From Macrostomum lignano (Eukaryota), in contig NIVC01000441.1 in assembly GCA_002269645.1 (NCBI GenBank), positions 356,406 through 420,405 on the forward strand: DNA of 64,000 nucleotides, written 5' to 3'. Position numbers and translations under genes: made by a program. Below are positions 12,901 through 25,500 of this stretch, piece by piece. Numbering within the stretch: position 1 is the first letter of the stretch; every line of letters begins with the position of its first letter. The notes under the pieces were generated by a model. It was not told the DNA's origin, did not search any database, and saw only the letters and a program-made list of their open reading frames with translations.

Positions 12901-15331
12901 AGGCGCAGTCAGCAGGGCTGCGCCGGCGGCTGCCTGGCCTGGCTAATCCGCCTGCTGTCAGTGGGCGCCGAGCCCCAGTCCGATTTGGAGGCCGAGCTGG
13001 GCAAAGCCGCTGCCGAGCGGAAGCCTGAGCCGGCGGCTCAACAGCAGCCGCACAGCCGGCAGTGGTACGCCAGCCTAGCCGCCTGCGCTCTTGGCCTGCA
13101 GGTTAGTAACTCCTGCCTGATTATTGCACTCCAATATGCTCATGTTTTTCTATGGTCACAGTCGTACCCTTTGTCATCGGTAAGCTTTTCACGATTCACT
13201 GTCCTTACTATTACGCATCCCATTTTCACGAATTCCGGATTCACAGTTCTCACTGTCTATCACAGATCCCAAATTCACAGTCCCCATTGTGAGTCACAGA
13301 TCCCGAATTCACATTCCCCCCAATGTCAGTTACAGATCCCACATTCACAGTCCCCATTGTCAGTCACAGATTCCACATTCACAGTCCCCACTGTCAGTGA
13401 CAGATGCCAAATTCACAGTCCCCATTGTCAGTCACAGATCCCAAATTCACAGTCCCCACTGTCAGTCACAGATCCCAAATTCACAGTCCCCACTGTCAGT
13501 CACAGATCCCAAATTCACAGTCCCCATTGTCAGTCACAGATCCCAAATTCACAGTCCCCACTGTCAGTGACAGATCCCGAATTCACAGTCCCCACTATCA
13601 GTCACAGATTCCACATTCACAGTCCCCACTGTCAGTCACAGATCACAAATTTACAGTCCCCATTGTCAGTCATAGATCCCAAATTCGCAGTCCCCACTGT
13701 CAGTCACAGATTCCACATTCACAGTCCCCACTGTCAGTCACAGATCCCAAATTCACAGTCCCCACTGTCAGTCACATATCCCAAATTCACAGTCCCTACT
13801 GTCAGTCACAGATCCCAAATTCACAGTCCCCACTGTCAGTCACAGATCCCAAATTCACAGTCCCCACTGTCAGTCACAGAACCCAAATTCACAGTCCCCA
13901 CTGTCAGTCACAGATCCCAAATTCACAGTCCCCACTGTCAGTCACAGATCCCAAATTCACAGTCCCCACTGTCAGTAGCGCCTGAAACTACATGAATTGC
14001 TGCCCCAACCCGCCAGGCCGCCTATCTAACCTGGGGCGTGCTTCAAGAGCGCATGGTCACAGCAGACTACGGTCATGGTGAACGCTTCCGTGACTCGCAG
14101 TTCCTGGTGTTCGCCAACCGGTTGCTTTCCGGCCTGCTGGCTGTGGTGGCGCTCCGCCTTATCAGCCGGACGCCGCATCGGGCGCCAGCCTTTGAGTACA
14201 CTTGGAGCTCTCTATCTAACGTGCTCAGCTCCTGGTGCCAGTACGAGGCCCTGCTCTACGTTAGCTTTCCAACCCAGGTGTTGGCCAAGGCTTGCAAAAT
14301 TATACCAGTGATGCTGATGGGAAAACTGGTGTCAAGGAAGTCATATCGATGGGACGAATATGCTACCGCCGCCCTAATTAGCGCAGGTCTGCGACTGCCG
14401 CTTATTTATGAGTACCTCATGGGTTCAGTAGGGAACTTGTGCCGTAATAGACACCCTAATCTCCAAAAAAATCCTCATTATGACCCAATCCAAATCCTCA
14501 ATATGACACAATTAAAATCCTCATTATGACACAATCCAAATCCTCATTATGACACAATTAAAATCCTCATTATGACCCCAATCAAAATCCTCATTATGAC
14601 CCCCTTTAAAATCTTCATTATGACCCCCTTTAAAATCCTCATTATGAAACAATCCAAATCCTCATTATGACCCCTAATCAAAATATCCATAATGACCCCC
14701 CAATTTAAATCCTCATTATGACCCCCAATCAAAATATCCATAATGACACCCCAATCCAAATCATCGTTATGACTATATCCCCGCAGGCACCAGCACATTT
14801 CTACTCGCCTCCGAATCGGATGAGCACGCAACGTCGGCCGCGGCCACGACGCTCAGCGGCGCCGCCCTCCTAGCCGGCTACATGGCCTTCGACGCATTCA
14901 CCAGCACCTGGCAGAGTGTGCTGTTCACCCGCCACGGCGTCACCACCCTGCAGATGATGGCTGGCACCAGCGTGCTGTCCTGCGTGCTCACGGTGGCCGC
15001 CCAGCTTGAGCAGGGCTCCCTGCCTGCGGCTGTAGCGTTCGCTTGTCGGCATCCGCAGTTCCTCATGCATCTGGGCCTGTTGTCAGTGTGCTCCACAATT
15101 GGCCAGCTGGTCATCTTCCAGACCATCGCCAGGTTCGGCTCGGTCACTTTTATCATCATTATGACCGTCAGGCAGGCTTTCGCCATCCTGCTGTCCTGCC
15201 TCATCTACCAGCATCGGGTGCCGCCGCTTGGCTACCTGGGCGTTGCCGTTGTTTTTCTGGCTCTGTTTCTTAGAATCTACCTGGGCCAGCGAATGCGACA
15301 GCAGCCCAGGACTGGCCGACCTTCTGGTTGA
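6909..15331 (+). CDS. SLC35B2: PAPS transporter 1 (SLC35B2/slalom-like), 5 exons, ~515 aa
   Basis: join(6909..7120,11678..11899,12903..13101,14017..14386,14787..15331); all GT-AG, phases 2,2,0,1, total 1548 nt. Motifs [62 protein letters not shown] and [17 protein letters not shown] match SLC35B2. Exon 1 is assigned by phase compatibility with a GTTAGT donor at 7121 and is less certain. Confidence 0.93.
7180..7960. repeat. Intronic minisatellite, 29/31-nt units (TGAGATTGTTGCTCATCTGATTGCATCACTG), 120/240-bp higher-order period
   Basis: 7201-7440 recurs at 7441-7680. SLC35B2 intron 1. Confidence 0.95.
8368..8425. repeat. Perfect 20-bp inverted repeat with 18-nt spacer
   Basis: GTATATACCAAGGACAACTT (8368-8387) and AAGTTGTCCTTGGTATATAC (8406-8425). 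Confidence 0.9.
8459..9914 (+). mobile_element. Decayed Tc1/mariner-like DNA transposon: ~100-bp TIRs, HTH remnant, internal 20-nt satellite
   Basis: 8459..8563 is an imperfect reverse complement of ~9810..9914 (GCCAATGTAA.GG.GCTTTTGTCTATGGT.GCA.GGCTGGCACAGCG.CATTT). ORF 8556..8870 contains [28 protein letters not shown], resembling a transposase N-terminal HTH. No DDE domain seen. Confidence 0.65.
8837..9825. repeat. Tandem array, 20-nt unit TTGGACCAAATTGATGCTTG (~49 copies)
   Basis: Three units per 60-nt line over long stretches. Confidence 0.97.
9944..10057. mobile_element. 114-bp foldback/MITE-like element with 42-bp inverted arms
   Basis: GGCCGTTTCTATTGGCAACACAC(A/G)CATGTAAGTCGCTATTGG inverted with one mismatch. 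Loop holds palindrome AGTCACGTGACT. Left flank TTA; no matching right TSD. Confidence 0.65.
10925..11590. repeat. Intronic minisatellite, 30-nt unit (ATCGGATGGTATCTCTGGATCCCACACCCA)
   Basis: Two units per 60 nt. Ends ~90 nt before the 11677 acceptor. Confidence 0.95.
11990..12670. repeat. Two abutting intronic minisatellites: 25-nt (GGGATTATCGGGTATTAAACTGCAA) grading into 27-nt (TTGATTATCAGGAGTATTAGGCTACTG)
   Basis: Direct inspection; transition near 12350-12420. SLC35B2 intron 2. Confidence 0.93.
13240..13975. repeat. Intronic minisatellite, 34-nt unit (CACAGATCCCAAATTCACAGTCCCCACTGTCAGT)
   Basis: Fills SLC35B2 intron 3. Confidence 0.95.
14465..14772. repeat. Degenerate ~21-nt intronic minisatellite (AAATCCTCATTATGACCCC core)
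   Basis: SLC35B2 intron 4, running up to the acceptor region. Confidence 0.85.
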
Positions 15332-15409
15332 GATGTTGCTTTAGGGGTCAGAGAGTGGCGATTGTTGTCTGAAGTTTACCGCGTGACCATATTTAAGCCC
15401 TCCGATTCG

Positions 15410-16225
15410 AATTGTTGGGATTCGAGTGACTAATTGTGGGGATTCGAGTGGCTAATTGTGGGGATTCGAGTGGCTAATTGTGAGGATTCGAGTGGCTAAT
15501 TGTGGGGATTCGAGTGGCTAATTGTGGGGATTCGAGTGGCTAATTGTTGGGATTCGAGTGGCTAATCTTTGGGATTCGAGTGACTAATTGTGGGGATTCG
15601 AGTGGCTAATTGTGGGGATTCGAGTGGCTAATTGTGGGGATTCGAGTGGCTAATTGTTGGGATTCGAGTGGCTAATCTTTGGGATTCGAGTGAATAATTG
15701 TGGGGATTCGAGTGGCTAATCTTTGGGATTCGAGTGGCTAATTGTGAGGATTCGAGTGGCTAATTGTGAGGATTCGAGTGGCTAATTGTGGGGATTCGAG
15801 TGGCTAATTGTTGGAATTCGAGTGGCTAATCTTTGGGATTTGAGTGGCTAATCTTTGGGATTTGAGTGGCTAATCTTTGGGATTTGAGTGGCTAATCTTT
15901 GGGATTTGAGTGGCTAATTGTTGGGATTCGAGTAGCTAATTGTTAGGATTCGAGTGACTAATTGTTGGAATTCGAGTGGCTAATCTTGGTGATTCGAGTG
16001 GCTAATTGTTGGGATTCGAGTGGCTAATCTTTGGGATTCGAGTGACTAATTGTTGGAATTCGAGTGGCTAATCTTGGGGATTCGAGTGGCTAATTGTTGG
16101 GATTCGAGTGACTAATCTTAAGGATTCGAGTGGCTAATTGTGAGGATTCGAGTGACTAATTGTTGGGATTCGAGTGGCTAATTGTGAGGATTCGAGTGGC
16201 TAATTGTGGGAATTCGAGTTGCTAA
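15410..16225. repeat. 22-nt minisatellite (GATTCGAGTGGCTAATTGTGGG) downstream of the SLC35B2 stop
   Basis: Begins ~80 nt after TGA 15331. Confidence 0.95.
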
Positions 16226-16659
16226 CCGTTCCTTATTAACTGACATTTCAATAACTATTTTGAATGTTCTGGCATTTCTATGCTAAAAATCTAAATATTT
16301 TCATTATTAATTATTACACGCATTAATCATTATAGATGCTTTTTGAATTGCCGCGCAAATTGTATTTCGCTTTAATGTGCTGTGCGTGTGTGTGCCGAGC
16401 TGTCTTTCCCGTGAAAGTCAAAGTGGTAATAACTTACCAGCAAGTTTAATTACATTTATAGTTCTCATTTTGTTACAGTAACACACAGTAACAGTTCAGC
16501 TCTGTTTGTTCCCGCGTGTTCGACCAATCAAAGTTTATTTGTTTTATTTTGTTATTTTTAAGTATTCGAATCTGCGCCCTCTGTGCTGTGCGATGAATTA
16601 ATTGTTTTTAGCTAAATTTATAAATGATGCTACTCTTGCTGATTATTGTATTTTAAATA

Positions 16660-17707
16660 GAGTGAGTAGGGTGAATGGGGAGAGTGAGGGTGAATGGGGC
16701 AGAGTGAGGCTGAATGGGGGAGAGTAAGGGTGAATCGGGGAGAGTGAGGGTGAATGGGGGTGAGTGAGGGTGAATTTGGAGAGTGAGGGTGAATGGGGGA
16801 GAGTGAAGGTGAATTGGAGAGAGTGAAGGTGAATTGGAGAGAGTGAAGGTGAATTGGAGAGAGTGAAGGTGAATTGGAGAGAGTGAGGGTGAATGGGGGA
16901 GAGTGAGGGTGAATGGGGGAGAGTGAGGGTGAATGGGGGAGAGAGGGTGAATCGGGGAGAGTGGGGGTGAATGGGGAGAGTGAGGGTGAATGGGGGAGAG
17001 TGAGGGTGAATGGGGGAGAGCGAGGGTGAATGGGGGAGAGTGAGGGTGAATCGGGGAGAGTGAGGGTGAATGGGGGAGAGTGAGGGTGAATGGGGGAGAG
17101 TGAGGGCGAATGGGGGAGAGTGAGGGTGAATGGGGGAGAGTGAGGGTGAATGGGGGAGAGTGAGGGTGAATGGGGGAGAGTGAGGGTGAATGGGGAGAGT
17201 GAGGGTGAATGGGGGAGAGTGAGGGTGAATGGGGGAGAGTGAGGGTGAATGGGGGGAGAGTGAGGGTGAATGGGGGAGAGTGAGGCTGAATGGGGGAGAG
17301 TGAGGCTGAATGGGGGAGAGTGAGGGTGAATGGGGAGAGTGAGGGTGAATGGGGAGAGTGAGGCTGAATGGGGGAGAGTGAGGGTGAATGGGGGAGAGTG
17401 AGGGTGAATGGGGAGAGTGAGGGTGAATGGGGGAGAGCGAGGGTGAATGGGGGAGAGCGAGGGTGAATGGAGGAGAGTGAGGGTGAATGGGGGAGAGTGA
17501 GGGTGAATGGGGAGAGTGAGGGTGAATGGGGGAGAGTGAGGGTGAATGGGGGAGAGTGAGGGTGAATGGGGGAGAGTGAGGGTGAATGGGGGAGAGTGAG
17601 GGTGAATGGGGGAGAGTGAGGGTGAATGGGGGAGAGTCAGGGTGAATGGGGGAGAGTGAGGGTGAATGGGGGAGAGTGAGGGTGAATGGGGGAGAGTGAG
17701 GGTGAAT
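16660..17707. repeat. G-rich 20-nt minisatellite (GAGAGTGAGGGTGAATGGGG)
   Basis: About 50 copies with G3-G5 runs. Confidence 0.95.
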
Positions 17708-18404
17708 TTTAGTTAAAGAGTTGAGCTAGTTGAAGATGCTAGAATATTTAATAGTTTAAGCTTTACGCTACAATGCGAGTAACCATTATGATAATTAATA
17801 GATCTGTGATCTTATGTGCTCATATCTTCAGATAACGTTTTAGCATATGCGGATTATGATATAATTATTGTATGAGGCACATTGGCTATTTCTATTGTTA
17901 GTCTGTGCTTGGCTCTTCCCATATTTGTGGAATTCTTGTGTATTTGATTATCCTATTTTGTCTGCATTTACATATTACCAATATGTACCGTATGCTGATT
18001 TGTTCGTTTGATAGACTATACGGCTTAACAAGCGGTCGCTGTTATCTCAAATTTTATTATTTATATTGTTTTCACACTTTTCCTCTGGTTTTTCCTTCCT
18101 TTGGATATTTCTGACCTTTTTTATCTCATTTCTTCTGGGCATTGTTCGGCCTGGACTGTTTTATGATCTCTGCACTCTGTTAGATTCTTTATGATTAACT
18201 GTTGTTCCATTTTACAGTCCTCTCTGCGTATGTTGTCTTAATTCTATATTTTCTCTGTGAGATTTTCAGACTCGATAGAATCTCAAGAAATTCTGACCAG
18301 CTAGCAAGATGGAATTGATTTACTATATCAATAACTTTAATATTAGTCACTGTCACTATATAGTGTTATTTAAGCATTGGCTATTGCGTTTTTCACTACA
18401 CTAA

Positions 18405-19155
18405 TGCCATTTTGGTACCTATGGGCGTCATTCTGGCATTGGTTGATGCCATTCTGACACTTTCTGGTGCCATTTTGACACTTTCTGGTGCCATTTTGAC
18501 ACTCTCTGGTGCCATTTTAACACTTTCTGGTGCCATTTTGACACTTTCTGGTGCCATTTTGACACTTTCTGGTGCCATTTTAACACTTTCTGGTGTAATT
18601 CTGACACTTGTAGGTGCCATTTTGACACTTGTAGGTGCCATTTTGACACTTTCTGGTGTTATTTTGACACTTGTAGGTGCCATTTTAACACTTGTAGGTG
18701 CCATTTTGACACTCGCTGGTGCCATTTTAACACTTTCTGGTGCCATTTTGACACTTTCTGGTGCCATTTTAACACTTTCTGGTGTCATTCTGACACTTGT
18801 AGGTGCCATTTTGACACTTGTAGGTGCCATTTTGACACTTGTAGGTGCCATTTTGACACTTTCTGGTGTTATTTTGACACTTGTAGGTGCCATTTTAACA
18901 CTTGTAGGTGCCATTTTGACACTCGCTGGTGCCATTTTGACACTTTATGGTGCCATTTTAACACTTTCTGGTGCCATTTTGACACTTTCTGGTGCCATTT
19001 TAACACTTTCTGGTGTCATTCTGACACTTGTAGGTGCCATTTTGACACTTGTAGGTGCCATTTTGACACTTGTAGGTGCCATTTTGACACTTGTAGGTGC
19101 CATTTTGACACTTGTAGGTGCCATTTTGACACTTTCTGGTGTTATTTTGACACTT
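18405..19155. repeat. 21-nt minisatellite (GGTGCCATTTTGACACTTTCT)
   Basis: Source of the (GAILTLS)n and (MAPESVK)n ORFs. Confidence 0.95.
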
Positions 19156-19895
19156 GTTTGTGTACTGTTTTGGCTATCATAAAAAGCTGTCTAATAAGTT
19201 CATGCATCATTACGCCGCTGCTTGACTGCTTTTGCTAAGTGTTTATCACTATATTTTGAAAGCGCACTGTTTTAGTTATTTCTTTGCTCGAGTTTAAGAT
19301 TCCATTGTACTGAATACGTGCAGCTCTATCCTCAACTTCTGCGAGGTGTTTTGCAAACATGAAAAGAATGAGCTGAAAAGCACAAAATGAACGCTGGTGT
19401 GAGGACTATGACTAAAAGTGCACCATAGCGCTGCTACAGACTTTGTCGTCTGTCGGTGCGGGCCTTTTAAGTTTTTATTTTTATTGAGGGCATTGATGCG
19501 GCAAATTCTTTGTCTTGGTTATTTGATGCAACTAATTAATACAATATCTAATAACGATAATGACACCGATTACAAAAAGGCTTTTCGTTGGTAGATGATA
19601 ATGTGACCTTATCTTAAATTATTACCTTATCTTTTATGGTTACCCTATCTTTAATTACTACCTTATCTTTAGTGGTTACCTTAATGACCGGCGGTTCATG
19701 CATGCAAGAACGTATTGAAAAAAAACATGTTGACAATGGACTCGTCATTGATGCCAGCACACAATCAAAATGAAATATCGCTGAGCAATGTATTGCCGTA
19801 CATGTACATGCATTTCATGTGCAAGGTTGACAGCTTAATTGCTTACATACAAGTTCATTGGAAATAAACAATCGGCATCGCTGCCCAATTAATGC

Positions 19896-20675
19896 ATGCT
19901 CACCCGCTCGCTCTGCTCTCATTGGCTGCGGCTGCCAGCCAATAGCCGGCCGGCCGGCTCCAGCCTGCTGATTGTAGGCAGAATGGCCGCCAGTCAGTTA
20001 GCAAGCACAGACGAGGCCAGCCAGCGCCGCAATCGGGTGTACACGGTGCCTAACGCCATCACTGCCGGCCGCCTTGTGGCTGCCCCGTGCGTAGCGGCCT
20101 GCGTGCTCTCCGGCAGCTACGCGCCCGCCGCCGCCATCACTCTGGCCGCCGGCCTGTCCGACGGTCTGGATGGTTGGGTTGCCAGACGGTGGCCGAGTCA
20201 GCGCTCGCTACTGGGCAGCCTGCTGGATCCGCTGGCCGACAAGACTCTGGTTGCGGCGCTGTCTCTGTCACTCGGCTACGTTGGACTGCTGCCAGCTCAA
20301 CTGGTTGCTCTGTACATCGGCCGGGATCTGCTTCTGATTGGCGGAACCGTTGCTGCCACTGTGACCGGCGGCGGCTCCGACTTGCTGGCCAAGGCGCAGG
20401 AAGTGCAGCCGCTGACCATCAGCAAGGCTAACACGGCGCTTCAGCTGGCCACCCTTGGCGGAGCTCTCTGCTGCCCGCTGATCGGCGCACCGTTCGATGC
20501 CGCGCCTCTCCAGCTGCTCTGGTGGATGTCCGCCTTCACCACCGGTTTGTCCGGGCTTGGCTACGCGCTGCACAGCCGGGTGCTGGAGGCTCAGCAGAGA
20601 CTGTCTGCTAAGCCAGTAAAATCCGCTGCGCCTGAGGCTGAGGCGCCTGAGCCTGCGGTCAAGACACCGGCTTGA
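19896..20675 (+). CDS. CRLS1: Cardiolipin synthase (CDP-alcohol phosphatidyltransferase), single exon, up to 259 aa
   Basis: VYTVPNAITAGRL, family motif DGLDGWVARR...GSLLDPLADK, IGRDLLLI and PLTISKANTALQL. The Arg/Ser/Leu-rich N-terminus could be a mitochondrial presequence. A downstream ATG at ~19983 is an alternative start. Confidence 0.92.
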   Translation: MLTRSLCSHWLRLPANSRPAGSSLLIVGRMAASQLASTDEASQRRNRVYTVPNAITAGRLVAAPCVAACVLSGSYAPAAAITLAAGLSDGLDGWVARRWPSQRSLLGSLLDPLADKTLVAALSLSLGYVGLLPAQLVALYIGRDLLLIGGTVAATVTGGGSDLLAKAQEVQPLTISKANTALQLATLGGALCCPLIGAPFDAAPLQLLWWMSAFTTGLSGLGYALHSRVLEAQQRLSAKPVKSAAPEAEAPEPAVKTPA

Positions 20676-20729
20676 TTGCACGCTAATGTCAAGCTTAGCA
20701 CTACCGTCAAAGATATTTGAAAGAGTGGA

Positions 20730-21147
20730 GATGCTGCTCAGAGTGTGAAGGAGATACTGCTCAGAGAGTGAAGGAGATACTGCTCAGAGTGTGAGGGAGA
20801 TACTGCTCAGAGAGTGAGGGAGATGCTGCTCAGAGAGTGAAGGAGATACTGCTCAGAGATTGAAGGAGATACTGCTCAGAGAGTGAGGGAGATACTGCTC
20901 AGAGAGTGAGGGAGATGCTGCTCAGAGAGTGAGGGAGATACTGCTCAGAGAGTGAAGGAGATACTGCTCAGAGAGTGAAGGAGATACTGCTCAGAGAGTG
21001 AAGGAGATACTGCTCAGAGATTAAAGGAGATACTGCTCAGAGATTGAAGGAGATACTGCTCAGAGAGTGAGGGAGATACTGCTCAGAGAGTGAAGGAGAT
21101 ACTGCTCAGAGAGTGAAGGAGATGCTGCTCAGAGAGTGAGGGAGATA
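20730..21147. repeat. 23-nt minisatellite (GAGATACTGCTCAGAGAGTGAAG) after the CRLS1 stop
   Basis: Direct inspection. Confidence 0.93.
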
Positions 21148-21399
21148 TTTTCATTTTCTAATGATATCATATGTTTCTGCTACTGCGAGTAGTGTCTGAA
21201 TTGATTGTAAATCGCTTTTGGTCGTATAGCATTTTTAAAAATAATAATGGTCCCGTGAAACGGCGGGCCGTTAAAACATGGTGTGTTTCTTTGTTTTCTA
21301 TTACAAGCAAATGATTTATTTTATTGAAACCTTAATGAAAAATTAACCCTGTCTTTCTTTTCTTCATTTTCTGAATCGCTTTCAAAATTTCCCTGGCAA

Positions 21400-22330
21400 T
21401 AGAACTATGCTCTTTGCCTGTTGCTATGGTGAACTATGCTCTCTGTCTGTTGCTATGGGGAACTATGCTCTTTGCCTGTTGCTATGGGGAGCCATGCTCT
21501 TTGCCTGTTTCTATGAGGAGCTCTATGCATGTTGCTATGTGAACTATGATTTGCCTGTTGCTATGGGGAACTATGCTCTTTGCCTGTTGCTATGGGGAAC
21601 TATGCTCTTTGTCTGTTGCTATGGGGAACTATGCTCTCTGTCCGTTGCTATGGGGAACTATGCTCTTTGTCTGTTGCTATGGGGAACTATGCTCTTTGCC
21701 TGTTGCTATGGGGAACTATGCTCTTTGTCTGTTGCTATGGGGAACTATGCTCTTTGCCTGTTGCTATGGGGAACTATGCTCTTTGCCTGTTTCTATGAGG
21801 AGCTCTATGCATGTTGCTATGTGAACTATGCTTTGCCTGTTGCTATAGGGAACTATGCTCTTTGCCTGTTGCTATGGCGAACTATGCTCTTTGTCTGTTG
21901 CTATGGGGAACTATGCTCTTTGCCTGTTGCTATGGGGAACTATGCTCTTGGCCTGTTGCTATGGGTAACTATGCTCTTTGCCTGTTGCTATGGGTAACTA
22001 TGCTCTTTGCCTGTTGCTATGGCGAACTATGCTCTTTGTCTGTTGCTATGGGGAACTATGCTCTTTGCCTGTTGCTATGGGGAACTATGCTCTTGGCCTG
22101 TTGCTATGGGTAACTATGCTCTTTGCCTGTTGCTATGGGGAACTATGCTCTTTGCCTGTTGCTATGGGTAACTATGCTCTTTGCCTGTTGCTATGGGGAA
22201 CTATGCTCTTTGTCTGTTGCTATGGGGAACTATGCTCTTTGCCTGTTGCTATGGGGAACTATGCTCTTTGTCTGTTGCTATGGGGAACTATGCTCTTTGT
22301 CTGTTGCTATGGGGAACTATGCTCTTGGCC
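21400..22330. repeat. 29-nt minisatellite (ACTATGCTCTTTGCCTGTTGCTATGGGGA)
   Basis: Direct inspection; between CRLS1 and NT5C3. Confidence 0.95.
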
Positions 22331-22519
22331 GGTTACCGTGGGAAAAGTAAGCCTATATAAAAATAAATCTAGACAATGAAGGCCCTTTATCAGGTACTAT
22401 TTATGCATCACTGCCAGGTACATATATATATGCATATGAAATAAACACGGTAAAAATCTTTCATGCCATCCACAGCGCCCTACACAGGCTCATAGATCCT
22501 CTCATTCCGCCACCGTACA

Positions 22520-25500
22520 ATGCTGACCGACACTTTCTTCAGCCGGCTGGGCGGGCTGGCCGCTTCGCCTCGCCGTCTGTCTCTGCTGCTCGCTGGGGCC
22601 GGAGCCGCCGCCGCGGCCGCCTACTTGCTGTCGGTCGCCTATCGACGTCGCCGCGGCGGCGGCAGGTCGATCCGGGGAGCTGGCGGGGCCGCGCGGCGCC
22701 GGGCTTTAAGACTTTCGGTGACCTCCGCCGAGCCGCTGCTGCGCCTCCTGGAGCAGACGTGTCGCGATGAGCCTAGCGAACTGCCCGTCGTGTGCCAGTT
22801 CGGCGATACGAAGGTGCGTCGGTCGAGGCAATGAGACTATTTATACTGGTGATCGCCTGAGCACACTTTACTCATCCTCAGGCAGTGTGCTTACTCTGCC
22901 TTGACATACAGAGCTCCCAATATGCAGAGCTTAGCTGACCCACCAACTCAATATGCAGAGCTTAGCTGCCCCACCAACTCAATATGCAGTGCGTAGCTGC
23001 CCCACCAACTCAATATGCAGTGCATAGCTGACCCACCAACTCAATATGCAGAGCATAGCTGACCCACCAACTCAATATGCAGAGCATAGCTGCCCCACCA
23101 ACTCAATATGCAGAGCATAGCTGACCCACCAACTCAATATGCAGAGCATAGCTGCCCCACCAACTCAATATGCAGAGCATAGCTGCCCCACCAACTCAAT
23201 ATGCAGAGCTTAGCTGCCCCACTAACTCAATATGCAGTGCATAGCTCTGACCCACCAACCCAATATGCAGTGCATAGCTGACCCACCAACTCGATATGCA
23301 GAGCATAGCTGACCCACCAACTCAATATGCAGAGCGTAGCTGACCCACCAACTCAATATGCAGAGAGTAGCTGACCCACCAACTCAATATGCAGAGCGTA
23401 GCTCTGAGCCACCAACTCAATATGCAGAGCATAGCTGACCCACCAACTCAATATGCAGAGCGTAGCTGACCCACCAACTCAATATGCAGAGCATAGCTGA
23501 CCCACCAACTCAATACCCAACTCAATACACGAAGCACAGCTCTGACCCACCAACTCAATATGCAGAGCATAGCTGACCCACCAACTCAATACCCAACTCA
23601 ATACGCGAAGCACAGCTCTGACCCACCACTCAATATGCAGAGCATAGCTGACCCACCAACTCAATACCCAACTCAATACGCGAAGCACAGCTCTGACCCA
23701 CCACTCAATATGCAGAGCATAGCTGACCCACCAACTCAATACCCAACTCAATACGCGAAGCACAGCTCTGACCCACCACTCAATATGCAAACCCAGCTGA
23801 TCCAAATTAGCTCCCAATGCAAAGGATATCGAACCCCCTTACCTTCCCAGTGCCGCCTGGTGATGAAGAACCGACGCCGGGTGCTGGAGAAGCTGCAGTC
23901 GTTGATGAGCGGCGGCCCGGACGCCCTGGAAGTGATCACGGACTTCGACCACACGCTGAGCAAATTCAGCGAGAACGGCCGCCGGGTGCCCTCCTCGCAC
24001 GGCATCATGGAGTCCTACCCTGACCTGTCTGCCGAGGACCACAAGTACTTCCGCGAGCTGTACACCAAGTACTACGCCATCGAGATCTGTCCGGACATGT
24101 CCGACGAGGAGAAGCTGCCGCACATGATCGAGTGGTGGACCAGATCGCACGATCGCATGGTGCTGGCCGGGTTTCAGAAATCTGTGCTGGCACAGACTGT
24201 GGACGTGTCTGGCGTGGCTTTGCGGTGAGTTGCTGTCTGAGCTGACTGTCATTCTCCACTTCTCATCCTAAAATGATCCCCCAGTTCTGATCCCTAATTT
24301 ATGACTCCCAGTTCTGATGCTCAATTTATGACCCCTAGTTCTGCTCCCCAATTTATGATCCCCCAGTTCTGATCCTCAATTTATGATCCCCCAGTTCTGA
24401 TCCCCAATTTATGATCCCCCAGTTCTGATCCTCAATTTTTGATCCCCCAGTTCTGATCCCCAATTTATGATCCCCAGTTCGGATCCTCAATTTATGATCC
24501 CTCAGTTCTGATCCCCAATTTATGATTCCCAGTTCAGATCCTCAATTTATGATCCCCCAGTTCTGATCCCTAATTTATGACTCCCAGTTCTGATGCTCAA
24601 TTTATGACCCCTAGTTCTGCTCCCCAATTTATGATCCCCCAGTTCTGATCCTCAATTTATGATCCTCCAGTTCTGATCCCCAATTTATGATCCCCAGTTC
24701 TGATGCTCAATTTATGACCCCTAGTTCTGCTCCCCAATTTATGATCCCCCAGTTCTGATCCTCAATTTATGATCCTCCAGTTCTGATCCCCAATTTATGA
24801 TCCCCAGTTCGGATCCTCAATTTATGATCCTCCAGTTCTAATCCCTAATTTATGACCCCCAGTTCTGATCCTCAATTTATGATTCCCCAGTTCTGATCCT
24901 CAATTTATGATTCCCCAGTTCTGATCCTCAATTTATGATCCCCAGTTCGGATCCTCAATTTATGATCCCCCAGTTCTGATCCTCAATTTATGATCCCCCA
25001 GTTCTGATCCTCAATTTATGATTCCCCAGTTCTGATCCCCAATTTATGATCCCCCAGTTCTGATCCCCAATTAATGACCCCCAGTTCTGATCCCCAGTTT
25101 ATGATCCCCCAGTTCTGATCCTCAATTTATGATTAGTTGACAGTTGACAGTTGACAGTTATGATTAGTTAACTCTGAATTTATGGCTCTCCAGCGACGGC
25201 TGGCATCAGTTCTTCGACCGCCTCGAGGAACTCGGCATACCCTGTCTGATCTTCTCCGCGGGCATCGGCGACATCATCCAGGAGATTCTGGTGCACTTCG
25301 ACATTCGCGGCAAGCTGATCAGAGTGGTCAGCAACTTCATGCTGTACAATGAGAAGGTGAGACTCGCAGACATAAATTCGGGGCGAGGCTTACAGCAACG
25401 CGTCCGACTCTGGGGTCAAAGTGAGGTTTTACTGCTACTATCGCAGAGAGACTTTTACAGTCATCGTATCATATAAAGAACCTTAGGGAGAGATATCAGG

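Noticed and set aside
18396-19182. (GAILTLS)n ORF as a membrane or beta-helix protein
   Set aside because: A 21-nt minisatellite open on both strands, with no unique coding flanks or splice support.
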